Virus record (IMG/VR): IMGVR_UViG_3300010268_000085
Location: 1-30,922 of that record
Strand: one strand, 5' to 3'
DNA: 30,922 nt
Source: a virus
Taxonomy: Duplodnaviria; Caudoviricetes
Shown here: positions 1 to 8,486 of the stretch, piece after piece
Layout: each line of letters opens with the position of its first letter
Numbering within the stretch: the first letter of the stretch is position 1
Notes under the pieces: generated by a model
What the model was told of the DNA's origin: nothing
Seen by the model: the letters and a program-made list of their open reading frames with translations, nothing else
Database searches by the model: none
Translations under genes and position numbers: made by a program

Positions 1-1
1 A

Positions 2-313
2 GATTATTGGTATTATATCAAACAAGTAAGAAAGCATAATAGACAAATACACAAAGCTAAAATATTAAAAGGTGGCATAAGAAAATTAAATCAAGCTCCT
101 TATTTAGTAAAAGGTTTTAGGTTGTTTGACAAAGTAAAATACAAAGGACAAGAATGTTTTATATTTGGTAGACGCAGTTCTGGTTATTTTGATTTAAGAA
201 AACTTGATGGTACAGTTATTCATAGGAGTGCCAATTGTAAAGATTTAAAACTTATAAGCAAGGCAAAAACATTATTGTGGGAAAGGAGGGAAGGCGTTTC
301 CTCCCCAACTTAA
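2..313 (+). CDS. iscB: IscB (IS200/IS605 RRXRR-HNH RNA-guided endonuclease), C-terminal part; 5' end lies outside the window
   Basis: The frame is open from base 2 and reads DYWYYIKQVRKHNRQIHKAKILKGGIRKLNQAPYLVKGFRLFDKVKYKGQECFIFGRRSSGYFDLRKLDG, a typical IscB C-terminus. It ends inside an IS end hairpin. Confidence 0.85.
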   Translation, partial: DYWYYIKQVRKHNRQIHKAKILKGGIRKLNQAPYLVKGFRLFDKVKYKGQECFIFGRRSSGYFDLRKLDGTVIHRSANCKDLKLISKAKTLLWERREGVSSPT

Positions 314-343
314 AGAAGTTGGGATCTCCACGCCTTAATTTAG
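291..343 (+). mobile_element. IS200/IS605 (IscB element) subterminal hairpin and end
   Basis: Palindrome aaggcg-tttcctccccaactt-aaag-aagttggg-atctcca-cgcctt, followed by TTAG|ATGA. Matching TTAG|ATAA junctions occur at 7889 and 22162. Confidence 0.75.
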
Positions 344-1894
344 ATGATGAACGTAGCTAAGTATAAAGATATCTTAAAAATATACGAGCGCATCGACTTA
401 TACAGAGCTAAATACAGGCACAATGACTTTACCCCTCATGCATGGTGCTTCCACGGCAACCAGGCACAAGGATGGATAGGTACATGCCAGAATGGCTACC
501 TAAAAGTAAACGGCAAAATCGAATACAATAGAGCTTTCTCAATCAATGCCGCAACATACAAGTATATAACATTAAGGTTCGTAATCCCTGGTATTTCACC
601 CAAATACAAAAGACTTAAACTAACACTAAACTATCAAACACAAAGCGGCACATTTAAGAAAGAAACAATAGTGCCATACGACAACCAGGCAGTAACCGCA
701 CTAATAGACATGTCAGGCGAAGGCAGCTGGAGCGGAACAGTTAATGATATTATCATAAGCTTCAGCATAGAGACAACAGAGAACGTATGGACTAGCATTA
801 CATCAGAGGTCAGATGCGAATACATAAAAGTAGACAAAGAAAATGTGTTCGTAGGCGTAATACAGCCTGCAACTATCACAACAGAAGACGTCAACACGTT
901 CAGAAGCAAGATAGAGACCTTCGCAAAGCAGCAAATAGACTGGTACGGCCCGGATGAAGTAAGACACTTCATAGATACTATAAAGAAGAAAGATATAGAC
1001 GAAGCCAATGAAAGAATAACCACTTTAAAACCATATAACGGCTGTGCCACATGTGACAACTACCAGTGCGGATGCGACATGGCATCGTACGGATATGTTC
1101 CATGCCAAAGGTGTAATGCATGTAATCAACACAGAGGATGTTCTTCTTGTGACTATACATGTTACGAAGAAGCAAGAACCTGTGGATGTAATAGCAGCTG
1201 CTATAGCTACAGCAGTTGTTCATGTAATGGAAGATGCTACTCGCAAGAACCGTGCAGATGCGACGGTAGCTGCTATTCATATAGCACTAAATGTTCTCAA
1301 TGTCATACCTCGCGATATAGAGCAGAAATATACTGTCCTTGCAACGTTTCATGCTATGGTTACTCATGTCAATTACAGTACGGCGAAACAGTACGTACCG
1401 ACTGCAACTACTGCGATGTATGGAGCGACGCCGGTTGTGCGCAATCAGACAAAGGCAGCGGCTGTAAGTGCAACAGCAAATGTTACTCAGAAGGGAAGTA
1501 CGACGGCGATTGGACATGCAAAAAGACTTGCGACAAACACACATGTATATGTGACTCGGGTGACTCAAGCCGGGCAGAACTTATATGCTCAATATGCGAC
1601 AGAACATGTTATGCACAACAGAAGGACAGCGGATGTACATCTGGTTATGGTGAAGTAACATGTACATGTGATTATAGGTGTTACGGCCAGTCATCGTGCT
1701 CGTGCAATAGCGGCTGTTATCTACAGCCAAGATCGTGTACATGCGACAGAAGATGTTACGGATACCAGGGATGCCAGGTGTGCGACGTTTGCGACCTATA
1801 TAAAGCGTGCACATGTAATGCAACCTGTCACCAGCAGTCGTGTGAACAGTGCCATAAGACAAGCTACTCGTCAGTAATCGAAACACTACAGTAA
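344..1894 (+). CDS. Cys-rich repeat protein (N-terminal beta-rich domain plus C-terminal CxC[DN]xxCY repeats); putative radical SAM substrate or virion fibre protein
   Basis: 516 aa with ~56 Cys in aa 233-516 and eight exact CxC[DN]xxCY units plus variants. It is adjacent to a rSAM/SPASM gene. Confidence 0.75.
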   Translation: MMNVAKYKDILKIYERIDLYRAKYRHNDFTPHAWCFHGNQAQGWIGTCQNGYLKVNGKIEYNRAFSINAATYKYITLRFVIPGISPKYKRLKLTLNYQTQSGTFKKETIVPYDNQAVTALIDMSGEGSWSGTVNDIIISFSIETTENVWTSITSEVRCEYIKVDKENVFVGVIQPATITTEDVNTFRSKIETFAKQQIDWYGPDEVRHFIDTIKKKDIDEANERITTLKPYNGCATCDNYQCGCDMASYGYVPCQRCNACNQHRGCSSCDYTCYEEARTCGCNSSCYSYSSCSCNGRCYSQEPCRCDGSCYSYSTKCSQCHTSRYRAEIYCPCNVSCYGYSCQLQYGETVRTDCNYCDVWSDAGCAQSDKGSGCKCNSKCYSEGKYDGDWTCKKTCDKHTCICDSGDSSRAELICSICDRTCYAQQKDSGCTSGYGEVTCTCDYRCYGQSSCSCNSGCYLQPRSCTCDRRCYGYQGCQVCDVCDLYKACTCNATCHQQSCEQCHKTSYSSVIETLQ

Positions 1895-1917
1895 ATATCA
1901 AGAGGAGGGAAAAACCG

Positions 1918-2265
1918 ATGTTCTTAAAATCACATAATGCCACGGTTACTTTTGACGGTAATCTTGTACCTTCTTTGTATAGTATCAAATTTGACGTAGA
2001 TTACAAAAACCCAGTATTAGCCCCATCAGTGATTGAGTGTGTATTTTGTCTTGATAAATATCCTCTCGCCGCGCTCAAAGAAAGCGGCACAAAAATAGAA
2101 ATAAAACTAAGAGATTGTGATGGGAATGACAAGATAGTAATTACATTCAAAAAAGCAGTTCTTGTATCGGAATCTATAGGTTTTATGCTGCTTGACGATA
2201 CAAACGAAGAACTGTATCTAAAAGCCATCTTTGAAGCAGGGTATCCTGAGATAGACAATAAATAA
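1918..2265 (+). CDS. Hypothetical protein, possibly tail-tube-like beta fold
   Basis: 115-aa ORF with RBS GAGGAGG and an alternating beta-strand pattern (ATVTFDG...IEIKLRDCDGNDKIVITFKKAVLVSESIGF). The fold guess is weak. Confidence 0.55.
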   Translation: MFLKSHNATVTFDGNLVPSLYSIKFDVDYKNPVLAPSVIECVFCLDKYPLAALKESGTKIEIKLRDCDGNDKIVITFKKAVLVSESIGFMLLDDTNEELYLKAIFEAGYPEIDNK

Positions 2266-2286
2266 TATAACCGGAGGGAAAGACTG

Positions 2287-5040
2287 ATGGATCTAAGAAA
2301 GAATAAGGCTCTCACGCCTGTCGATTCTGGTTTTCCTATTAGCGCTATCACAATAGACTTAACTACTCGTTGCCCGCTTGCGTGCGACTACTGCTTTAGC
2401 GGAGTATGTAAAGAATACCAGGCAAAAGACCTGACCCCTGAAATGGGCAAAAAAATTATTGATTGGCTGTTTTCGAAAAGTACCCATGGAGACAGTAAAG
2501 AACTCGACATATCATACTGGGGCGGAGAACCTTTGCTTAAATGGGACCTTATGAAAGAACTTACACTGTACGCTGAGGAGAAGGCAAAAAAAGCCGGCGT
2601 ACGTGTAATATTTGGCGGGACCACAAACGTCGTACTATTGACTCCTGATAAGTTTGATTTTCTCGACGAACACAACATAAGGTTTCTCCTTTCAATAGAC
2701 GGTACACAGGAACATCATGACAGGCACAGAAAGTTTAGAAATGGCAAAGGTTCGTGGGAAGTTGTCGACAGGAACGCCACAGAAATACTAAAGCGCTGGC
2801 CAGATAGCCAAGTGCGCCTGTCATATTCCGTGGAAAACCTAGACGGTATAATAGATGACCTAAATTATCTGTATGACAAAGGGTTCCACGACATAGTATA
2901 TTCTCCTGTATCGGAAGGCAACTGGACAGAAGAACGCCTAGAAAAACTAAAAGAAATGTGGGACAAAATTGCCGACTGGTACATCGAAAAAAGAAAAGCA
3001 GACAAGCCCATAAGGCTCAAATTCCTGGAAGATGCATGTAGGCATTTAAACGGCCAACCATGTGGCCCGGGCTCTCCATGCGGCGCAGGCAGAGGCTATG
3101 TATGTATAACAACTGAAGGTGCAATATATCCGTGCGTCAAGCCAGAAACTTTAGTCCGCACATCTAGCGGAATGAAACAGATTAAGGATATCACAGAAGG
3201 TGAATATGTACTTACTCATACAGGGCAATACCAGGAAGTTACAAAACTATGGACCAAGCCATACGACGGGATCATGTACAAGATTACTCCGTATTATTTC
3301 AACATCCCAATAGAATTCACGCCAGATCACCCAGTATACGCAATTAAAGGATCTGAGTGCAAGTGCTGGCATGACAGATACGAACCTGACTGCACAAGGA
3401 CTAACAAAACTGAATGCAAATATAAGTTCTATCAAGACTATAACGCACAATGGATAGATGCAAAAGATATTACTACAAAAGACTTTCTGATCTACCCTAT
3501 CAATAGAACAATCTGCAATATCCCGACGTTCTCTATTGAAACAGAAGGACAAGCAAAGTATATATCTGAATTTACGCCGGATGCAGACCTTATGTATTTA
3601 CTCGGCTGGTACGTCGCAGAAGGCCACACCCAGTACGGACAGACAATCTTTACGCTGTCTCCATATGAAAAAGACATAGCTGAGAAGCTCAATGAAATAT
3701 GCTTAAAAACCTTCGGAATAAGCGGCAGAATATCGGAAGAAGACAATAAGGTCAGACTTATCATATTAAGCGTTGGGCTTGCTAAATGGTTTGAAGAACA
3801 GTTTGGCAAAGGCGCGCTCTGCAAAAAGCTGCCAGACTGGATAATGACTGCACCGCCGGAGCTGCAGCTATACCTGATACGCGGAATGTTCTATGGCGAT
3901 GGCGGAAACGACAGAGGAAAGTCGGCATTCTATAGGACAATATCAGCAGACTTAGCAAACCAGATGAAAGAGCTGCTGCTACGCCAGAATACCGTGCCAG
4001 CTATAAGAATATATGAGCCATCCAGACACAAAGACGGCATTGAACGACAAAGAGAGTATAGAGTATATGTTTGGAATACAGACGACTGCAAAAAGCTATT
4101 CTCGGACCACTGGGTGTTTAAAGAAAAAGTTGGCAAAAAATCAAGGAAGCTCGGATGGATAGACGGCGATTATCTGTATTTGGCCGTACGCAAAGTAGAG
4201 ACGGTTCAATACACAGGAAGAGTATATAACCTCGAAGTTGCCAATGATAACTCATATACTCTCGAATCAATATGCTGTCACAACTGTCATAGATTCCACA
4301 AGATGGACCTGGACGATGCAATTCCGTGGTACGAACAAGAGACTTGCTTAGGCCACATTGATTATGGCATTCTTAACCAAGAGTGGAGAGAGAAGTTCAC
4401 TAAATGGGACCCGAGAAAAGACCTTCCTGAGTCATGCCATAGTTGTAAAGCTTATCTAGTTACATGCTGCGGTGGATGCTGGGCGACCAACTGGGACATT
4501 AATAAGGCGCTCAACAAAGTACCATATATGAACTGTGTCGCTGAGCTTGCTACTATTGCTCAGGCTGAGAAAGCAGCAAGAGAACTCGGAGAAGGATATG
4601 TAAGATCGCTAGTTGGTATACCTGGCAGAATATCATCACTTCCACCCGCACAAGGATGTCAGTGTTACAATGTACACGATGACTTATACGGAAGACAGGT
4701 AGTAAATAGAAGCGACCCGTACTCATGTCTGTGCAATATGTCAACATATGGCATACGCCCTGAGCCCACACGCGGATGTGACTGCTACAATGTAATAGAC
4801 AATGTGCACGGATACGACAGAGGATATTTCGATATGAGCGGTGCGACGTGCAGAAGATTCCAAAGAAGCCCGCTCGACGATGCAATACAGTACCTCGAAA
4901 ACATATCAGACAGGCTCGACAAGCTTACTCAGGAAGAAATGGAGAAGATCAACAGATTCATGAACCTAAAGATGGAAGTCGATGCCAAGGAAAAAGAGTT
5001 TAAAACTCTCCAAAATATAACAGAGTCAATTGAAAAATAA
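2287..5040 (+). CDS. Radical SAM/SPASM-domain maturase containing an intein
   Basis: CPLACDYC (CxxxCxxC), WGGEPLL, TTN, SIDG; SPASM cysteines PCGAG...GAIYP[intein]CHRF...CHSC...CCGGC...C; RBS GGAGGG. Confidence 0.92.
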   Translation: MDLRKNKALTPVDSGFPISAITIDLTTRCPLACDYCFSGVCKEYQAKDLTPEMGKKIIDWLFSKSTHGDSKELDISYWGGEPLLKWDLMKELTLYAEEKAKKAGVRVIFGGTTNVVLLTPDKFDFLDEHNIRFLLSIDGTQEHHDRHRKFRNGKGSWEVVDRNATEILKRWPDSQVRLSYSVENLDGIIDDLNYLYDKGFHDIVYSPVSEGNWTEERLEKLKEMWDKIADWYIEKRKADKPIRLKFLEDACRHLNGQPCGPGSPCGAGRGYVCITTEGAIYPCVKPETLVRTSSGMKQIKDITEGEYVLTHTGQYQEVTKLWTKPYDGIMYKITPYYFNIPIEFTPDHPVYAIKGSECKCWHDRYEPDCTRTNKTECKYKFYQDYNAQWIDAKDITTKDFLIYPINRTICNIPTFSIETEGQAKYISEFTPDADLMYLLGWYVAEGHTQYGQTIFTLSPYEKDIAEKLNEICLKTFGISGRISEEDNKVRLIILSVGLAKWFEEQFGKGALCKKLPDWIMTAPPELQLYLIRGMFYGDGGNDRGKSAFYRTISADLANQMKELLLRQNTVPAIRIYEPSRHKDGIERQREYRVYVWNTDDCKKLFSDHWVFKEKVGKKSRKLGWIDGDYLYLAVRKVETVQYTGRVYNLEVANDNSYTLESICCHNCHRFHKMDLDDAIPWYEQETCLGHIDYGILNQEWREKFTKWDPRKDLPESCHSCKAYLVTCCGGCWATNWDINKALNKVPYMNCVAELATIAQAEKAARELGEGYVRSLVGIPGRISSLPPAQGCQCYNVHDDLYGRQVVNRSDPYSCLCNMSTYGIRPEPTRGCDCYNVIDNVHGYDRGYFDMSGATCRRFQRSPLDDAIQYLENISDRLDKLTQEEMEKINRFMNLKMEVDAKEKEFKTLQNITESIEK
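3133..4284 (+). mobile_element. Intein with LAGLIDADG homing endonuclease (384 aa)
   Basis: N-terminal CVKPETLV, block B TPDHPVY, LAGLIDADG-like motifs LLGWYVAEG and LIRGMFYGDG, block F VYNLEV, C-terminal HN followed by +1 Cys. Confidence 0.92.
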
Positions 5041-5058
5041 CGTGATTTGTGGTATAAT
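5030..5058 (+). promoter_or_regulatory. sigma-A/sigma70-type promoter upstream of ruvC
   Basis: TTGAAA-17 nt-TATAAT with extended -10 TG. Confidence 0.7.
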
Positions 5059-5074
5059 ATAGGGGGAAGCAATA

Positions 5075-5596
5075 ATGGTCTTGGGGCTAGACTTAAGCTC
5101 TACCAATACGGGATATGCAATTCTTGATGGAACATCTCTTGTGACATATGGATCCATCATTCCCGGTAAAAACGCAAATCATCTGGAAAAACTTCTGTAT
5201 GTATATAACGAAATAGAAGGAATATTAGGTGCATATCACATTGATTACGTCGCCATTGAGGATCAATGCTACACTAATAACGTCGACACATTAAAGCTCC
5301 TGGCCAGAATATCCGGGGTTGTCATGTTGTGTGCCAAGCAGCATGACATACCCGTCTCCCTATATCCGGCCACAACAGTAAAGAAGCACTTTACCGGGAA
5401 TGGACAAGCAACAAAGGAAGACATGATAGCAAAGGCGCTCGAGCTTTATAATCTTCAAAGGTGTCTAGTAGATGATAACATCTGCGACGCCATTGGCATT
5501 GCTTACACGCATGTCACATATCAAGAAACCCCTAAGCCTGTACATAAAAAGAAAAAGAAAAAACTACGTCGGTCAAAGCCGACGAAAGGAGGCTAG
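5075..5596 (+). CDS. ruvC: Holliday junction resolvase RuvC
   Basis: VLGLDLSSTNTGY, AIEDQ, TVKKHFTGNGQATKEDM, DAIGIA. Confidence 0.88.
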   Translation: MVLGLDLSSTNTGYAILDGTSLVTYGSIIPGKNANHLEKLLYVYNEIEGILGAYHIDYVAIEDQCYTNNVDTLKLLARISGVVMLCAKQHDIPVSLYPATTVKKHFTGNGQATKEDMIAKALELYNLQRCLVDDNICDAIGIAYTHVTYQETPKPVHKKKKKKLRRSKPTKGG

Positions 5597-5601
5597 CATG
5601 T

Positions 5602-5931
5602 ATGAAGATATACACAGACTACATCGACGTTGAGCTAACGGTAGAGGAATTTGAAAACATCTTAAATAAAGGCATACTTACTGAGTTCATAAATATCGTA
5701 GCCTCCCTGTCAGAAAGAATGAGGATGCAGGATTTAGAGGACGTGATGGGAGAAGTAAATTCCTTAGTGAGGAAAATAATAAGCGGTGATGTCAAGCCTC
5801 AGAGTACGTGCAGAATATACCATTACGATCCTGATAACCAGTTCTACGAAGAAGGGCTGGACGAAGACAACGAGACTGTTAATAGAATATACTACAGCAT
5901 ATTCGAGAATGGAGTAAGACGCTATGAATGA
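5602..5931 (+). CDS. Hypothetical protein
   Basis: 109-aa ORF with RBS AAGGAGG, overlapping the next gene. Confidence 0.6.
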   Translation: MKIYTDYIDVELTVEEFENILNKGILTEFINIVASLSERMRMQDLEDVMGEVNSLVRKIISGDVKPQSTCRIYHYDPDNQFYEEGLDEDNETVNRIYYSIFENGVRRYE

Positions 5932-6772
5932 TATGGGACTGTATCATGAATTCATCAACGGTATTGGATCAAGCCAATACAAAGAGCCAAACTACAGCCT
6001 CATTGATGAGCTTGTAATGAAATATCAGAGTGGCAGCGAAGAGGCTGCGGAAGAACTTATCCGCCAGCTCGCTCCTTACATGCTTAAATTCTTTAAAATC
6101 ATAAGGCTTGGCATCATAGACTTATCAGATAAAGATTCAAGAAAGTTCATATCACTGTTTATCGACGATCATAAGATACGTTCAAAACTAAAAGCTGCAT
6201 ACCAGCCTGCTGAAGCAAGAAAAGAAGCATATCAGGCGGCGCAGACAATACAGATATTATGCACAGATATTCCGTCGGAAGATATTATACACGAGCTAAT
6301 TGTAATTCTTTTGACTCTCGCAAGACGGTTCACAAAGAAAAGGTCAAAGGTAAACTTCTGTGGTTATCTATGTAATGCATACAGATTCGAGCTAGCGAGG
6401 CGTATTAAGGCAATGACGACAGACCCATTGTCCTACCGCGCTGACCTTAATCTTTCTTACAACGACCAAGAATATTTGAATGAGGAAAACCCTGTAGAAG
6501 ATAATATACAGGTATATGTAAATGAGCCGCTCGTTGTTATAGAGGAGGAACTTGGAAACAGCTGGATACGCGGTATAACATGCAGCGAAAGATTTGCTAA
6601 GCTGACGCCGCTACAGCGCATAATACTTAAGATGCATTATCTTGATGGGGAAGGAGACACCGCCATAGCTGACAGACTCGGTATCCACCGAAATACAGTA
6701 AGAGAACAGAGGATGAAGGCAGAGGAAATACTACGAGATTCAGAGGATGATGCCGATGCCAAAGAAACGTAA
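5924..6772 (+). CDS. Phage RNA polymerase sigma factor (sigma70 family)
   Basis: Region 2-like (LVMKYQSGSEEAAEELI; NFCGYL...FEL) and region 4 HTH (LTPLQRIILKMHYLDG...IADRLGIHRNTV). Confidence 0.8.
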   Translation: MNDMGLYHEFINGIGSSQYKEPNYSLIDELVMKYQSGSEEAAEELIRQLAPYMLKFFKIIRLGIIDLSDKDSRKFISLFIDDHKIRSKLKAAYQPAEARKEAYQAAQTIQILCTDIPSEDIIHELIVILLTLARRFTKKRSKVNFCGYLCNAYRFELARRIKAMTTDPLSYRADLNLSYNDQEYLNEENPVEDNIQVYVNEPLVVIEEELGNSWIRGITCSERFAKLTPLQRIILKMHYLDGEGDTAIADRLGIHRNTVREQRMKAEEILRDSEDDADAKET

Positions 6773-7292
6773 AATAACTTACTGTGTTTTATGTGGTACA
6801 CCGATAGAATACGCGACAAAAAAGCCATTAAGGTGCCAGCATTGTAAAGACATTAAACTGTCTACTAGAAGCACGGCGCCGAAGACCAAATGGAAAAAGG
6901 AAACAGCTATGTTTAGTATCATGAGTGAGTTACTCCCCGGTGTAGAGTACATAGTAAACGGGTACTACTCATGGCTTATAAGCCCTAAAGGAAAGCCAAT
7001 GCAGCTTGACTGGTATAGCCCTGAAATAAATCTTGCAGTTGAGCTAAATGGACAGCAGCACTACCAATATACAAAATACTTCCATAAGACAAAAAGAGAA
7101 TTTGAATACTTGCAGCAATGTGACAAAATAAAGGAAACCGTATGTAAGGCACGCGGGATTACGCTCTTACCTGTGCCATATAACTCAAAAGTGACGCATA
7201 AAATGATTATCGACATGCTAAAGGAAAAGAATGAAGAACTGTATAATAGGCTTGTTCGTAACGGGATATTAAAGCTGCCCAACAACAAGTAG
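6747..7292 (+). CDS. Zn-finger plus Vsr/DUF559-like PD-(D/E)XK endonuclease
   Basis: CVLC...CQHC, then LDWYSPEINLAVELNGQQHY...DKIKETVCKARGITL. Confidence 0.7.
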   Translation: MMPMPKKRKITYCVLCGTPIEYATKKPLRCQHCKDIKLSTRSTAPKTKWKKETAMFSIMSELLPGVEYIVNGYYSWLISPKGKPMQLDWYSPEINLAVELNGQQHYQYTKYFHKTKREFEYLQQCDKIKETVCKARGITLLPVPYNSKVTHKMIIDMLKEKNEELYNRLVRNGILKLPNNK

Positions 7293-7304
7293 GAGGTAAT
7301 ATAT

Positions 7305-7481
7305 ATGTTTGAAAGGAAATTCGCAGCACTTCCGCGATATATAGAATACAGGTGTGGGGTGTGCAAAAAAGTAATATATAGCCTCGAAAGACCGAAGCTA
7401 TGTCCTCATTGCAGCACAGATTTCATGAAGGAGGCATTACTCACATGTATAATGGATGAGGTTCCTATAAGAAGGATATAG
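7305..7481 (+). CDS. Small zinc-ribbon protein (58 aa; not in ORF track)
   Basis: RBS AGGAGGT; MFERKFAALPRYIEYRCGVCKKVIYSLERPKLCPHCSTDF...; two CxxC. Confidence 0.7.
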   Translation: MFERKFAALPRYIEYRCGVCKKVIYSLERPKLCPHCSTDFMKEALLTCIMDEVPIRRI

Positions 7482-7657
7482 AACAACCGCATCAAGAGAG
7501 TTACAGAAAACTTAGCCGAAAGCCCACGACTTTAGCCGTTGGGATGAAGGCTAATGTTTGCTAAATCACTTGATAAAATATGAAATATTTATCTGTATTT
7601 GTTTTAGTTATAGTACAAGATACTATTCTACCAGAAAAATTTCTGCATAACATATAG

Positions 7658-7686
7658 TTGACAAGGTGATAACACTATGATATAAT
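7658..7686 (+). promoter_or_regulatory. Consensus sigma-A promoter
   Basis: TTGACA-17 nt-TATAAT with extended -10 TG. Confidence 0.85.
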
Positions 7687-7704
7687 AATTATGGTGGTGA
7701 TAGT

Positions 7705-7860
7705 ATGGCTATATCACAAGACAAAGTGAGGACAATTATCACAATACCCAAGGACCTTAAGAAAGAGCTAGAGAAAATAGCTAAGCAGGACAATAGAAGT
7801 TTTAACAACCTAGTTATTAAAATTCTAAAAGATTTTGTTAGCAATTCATCTCCCACTTAA
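7705..7860 (+). CDS. Ribbon-helix-helix (Arc/CopG-like) DNA-binding protein (51 aa; not in ORF track)
   Basis: MAISQDKVRTIITIPKDLKKELEKIAKQDNRSFNNLVIKILKDFVSNSSPT; RBS GGTGGTGA; ends in an IS hairpin. Confidence 0.8.
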   Translation: MAISQDKVRTIITIPKDLKKELEKIAKQDNRSFNNLVIKILKDFVSNSSPT

Positions 7861-7908
7861 AGAGGGGGGTCTTCTTGCTATTTTCTTAGATAAAAAAGGG
7901 GAGAGACG

Positions 7909-8409
7909 ATGAATACTGAATTAATGTTTAGTAGTAAATCAGACGAATGGGAAACACCGCAAGATTTATTTGACAAACTTAATGAAGAATTTCATTTTAC
8001 ACTAGACCCATGTGCTACACATGAAAATCATAAATGTGATAAATATTATACTAAAGAAGATGATGGACTAAGTAAAGACTGGACGTGTGAAACGGTATTT
8101 TGCAATCCTCCTTACGGTAAAGCAATAGGTAAATGGGTTGAAAAATGCTATAAAGAAAATTTAAAAGGTGTTACTGTGGTAATGTTAATACCAGCACGCA
8201 CAGATACATCATGGTTTCACAAATACATATATAATAATCCTAATGTAGAAATAAGATTTTTAAAAGGTAGATTAAAATTTGTTAATAGATTGTTACCTTC
8301 TTGGAATGAAAATGGAGAATATAAATTATCTCCTGCTCCATTTCCAAGTATGGTTGTAGTGTTTAAAGGTAATACGGATACCAGAAATGGACTTCCGACT
8401 ACCACCTGA
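7909..8409 (+). CDS. Phage DNA N6-adenine methyltransferase (Dam-like)
   Basis: DEWETPQDLF, FTLDPCA, FCNPPY (motif IV), LIPARTDTSWF, GRLKF, APFPS. Confidence 0.9.
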   Translation: MNTELMFSSKSDEWETPQDLFDKLNEEFHFTLDPCATHENHKCDKYYTKEDDGLSKDWTCETVFCNPPYGKAIGKWVEKCYKENLKGVTVVMLIPARTDTSWFHKYIYNNPNVEIRFLKGRLKFVNRLLPSWNENGEYKLSPAPFPSMVVVFKGNTDTRNGLPTTT

Positions 8410-8486
8410 GAAACCCCTGACTTTAGTCATGGGGAGTGCAAGTAAGTGGCAAGATCTTATTTCTTATTTGTTAGAGAGAGGAGGGT

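Larger units (their letters stand above)
7505..8441 (+). mobile_element. Probable non-autonomous IS200/IS605 derivative carrying RHH and adenine methyltransferase genes
   Basis: TTAC at 7501-7504, then left-end-type hairpin ttagccgaaagcccacgactttagccgttgggatgaaggctaa (7512-7554). Right-end-type hairpin gaaacccctgactttagtcatggggagtgcaa (8410-8441). A further end hairpin at 7839-7889. The interior is AT-rich. Confidence 0.55.

Noticed and set aside
1271-1870. CSQCH and CEQCH as c-type heme-binding motifs (multiheme cytochrome)
   Set aside because: There are only a few CxxCH among ~56 Cys, with no signal peptide or cytochrome c maturation genes. They are more likely variants of the repeat.
1040-1894. 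Cys repeats as a DNA tandem repeat, CRISPR array or DGR target
   Set aside because: Repetition is at the protein level with divergent codons. No reverse transcriptase or template repeat is seen.
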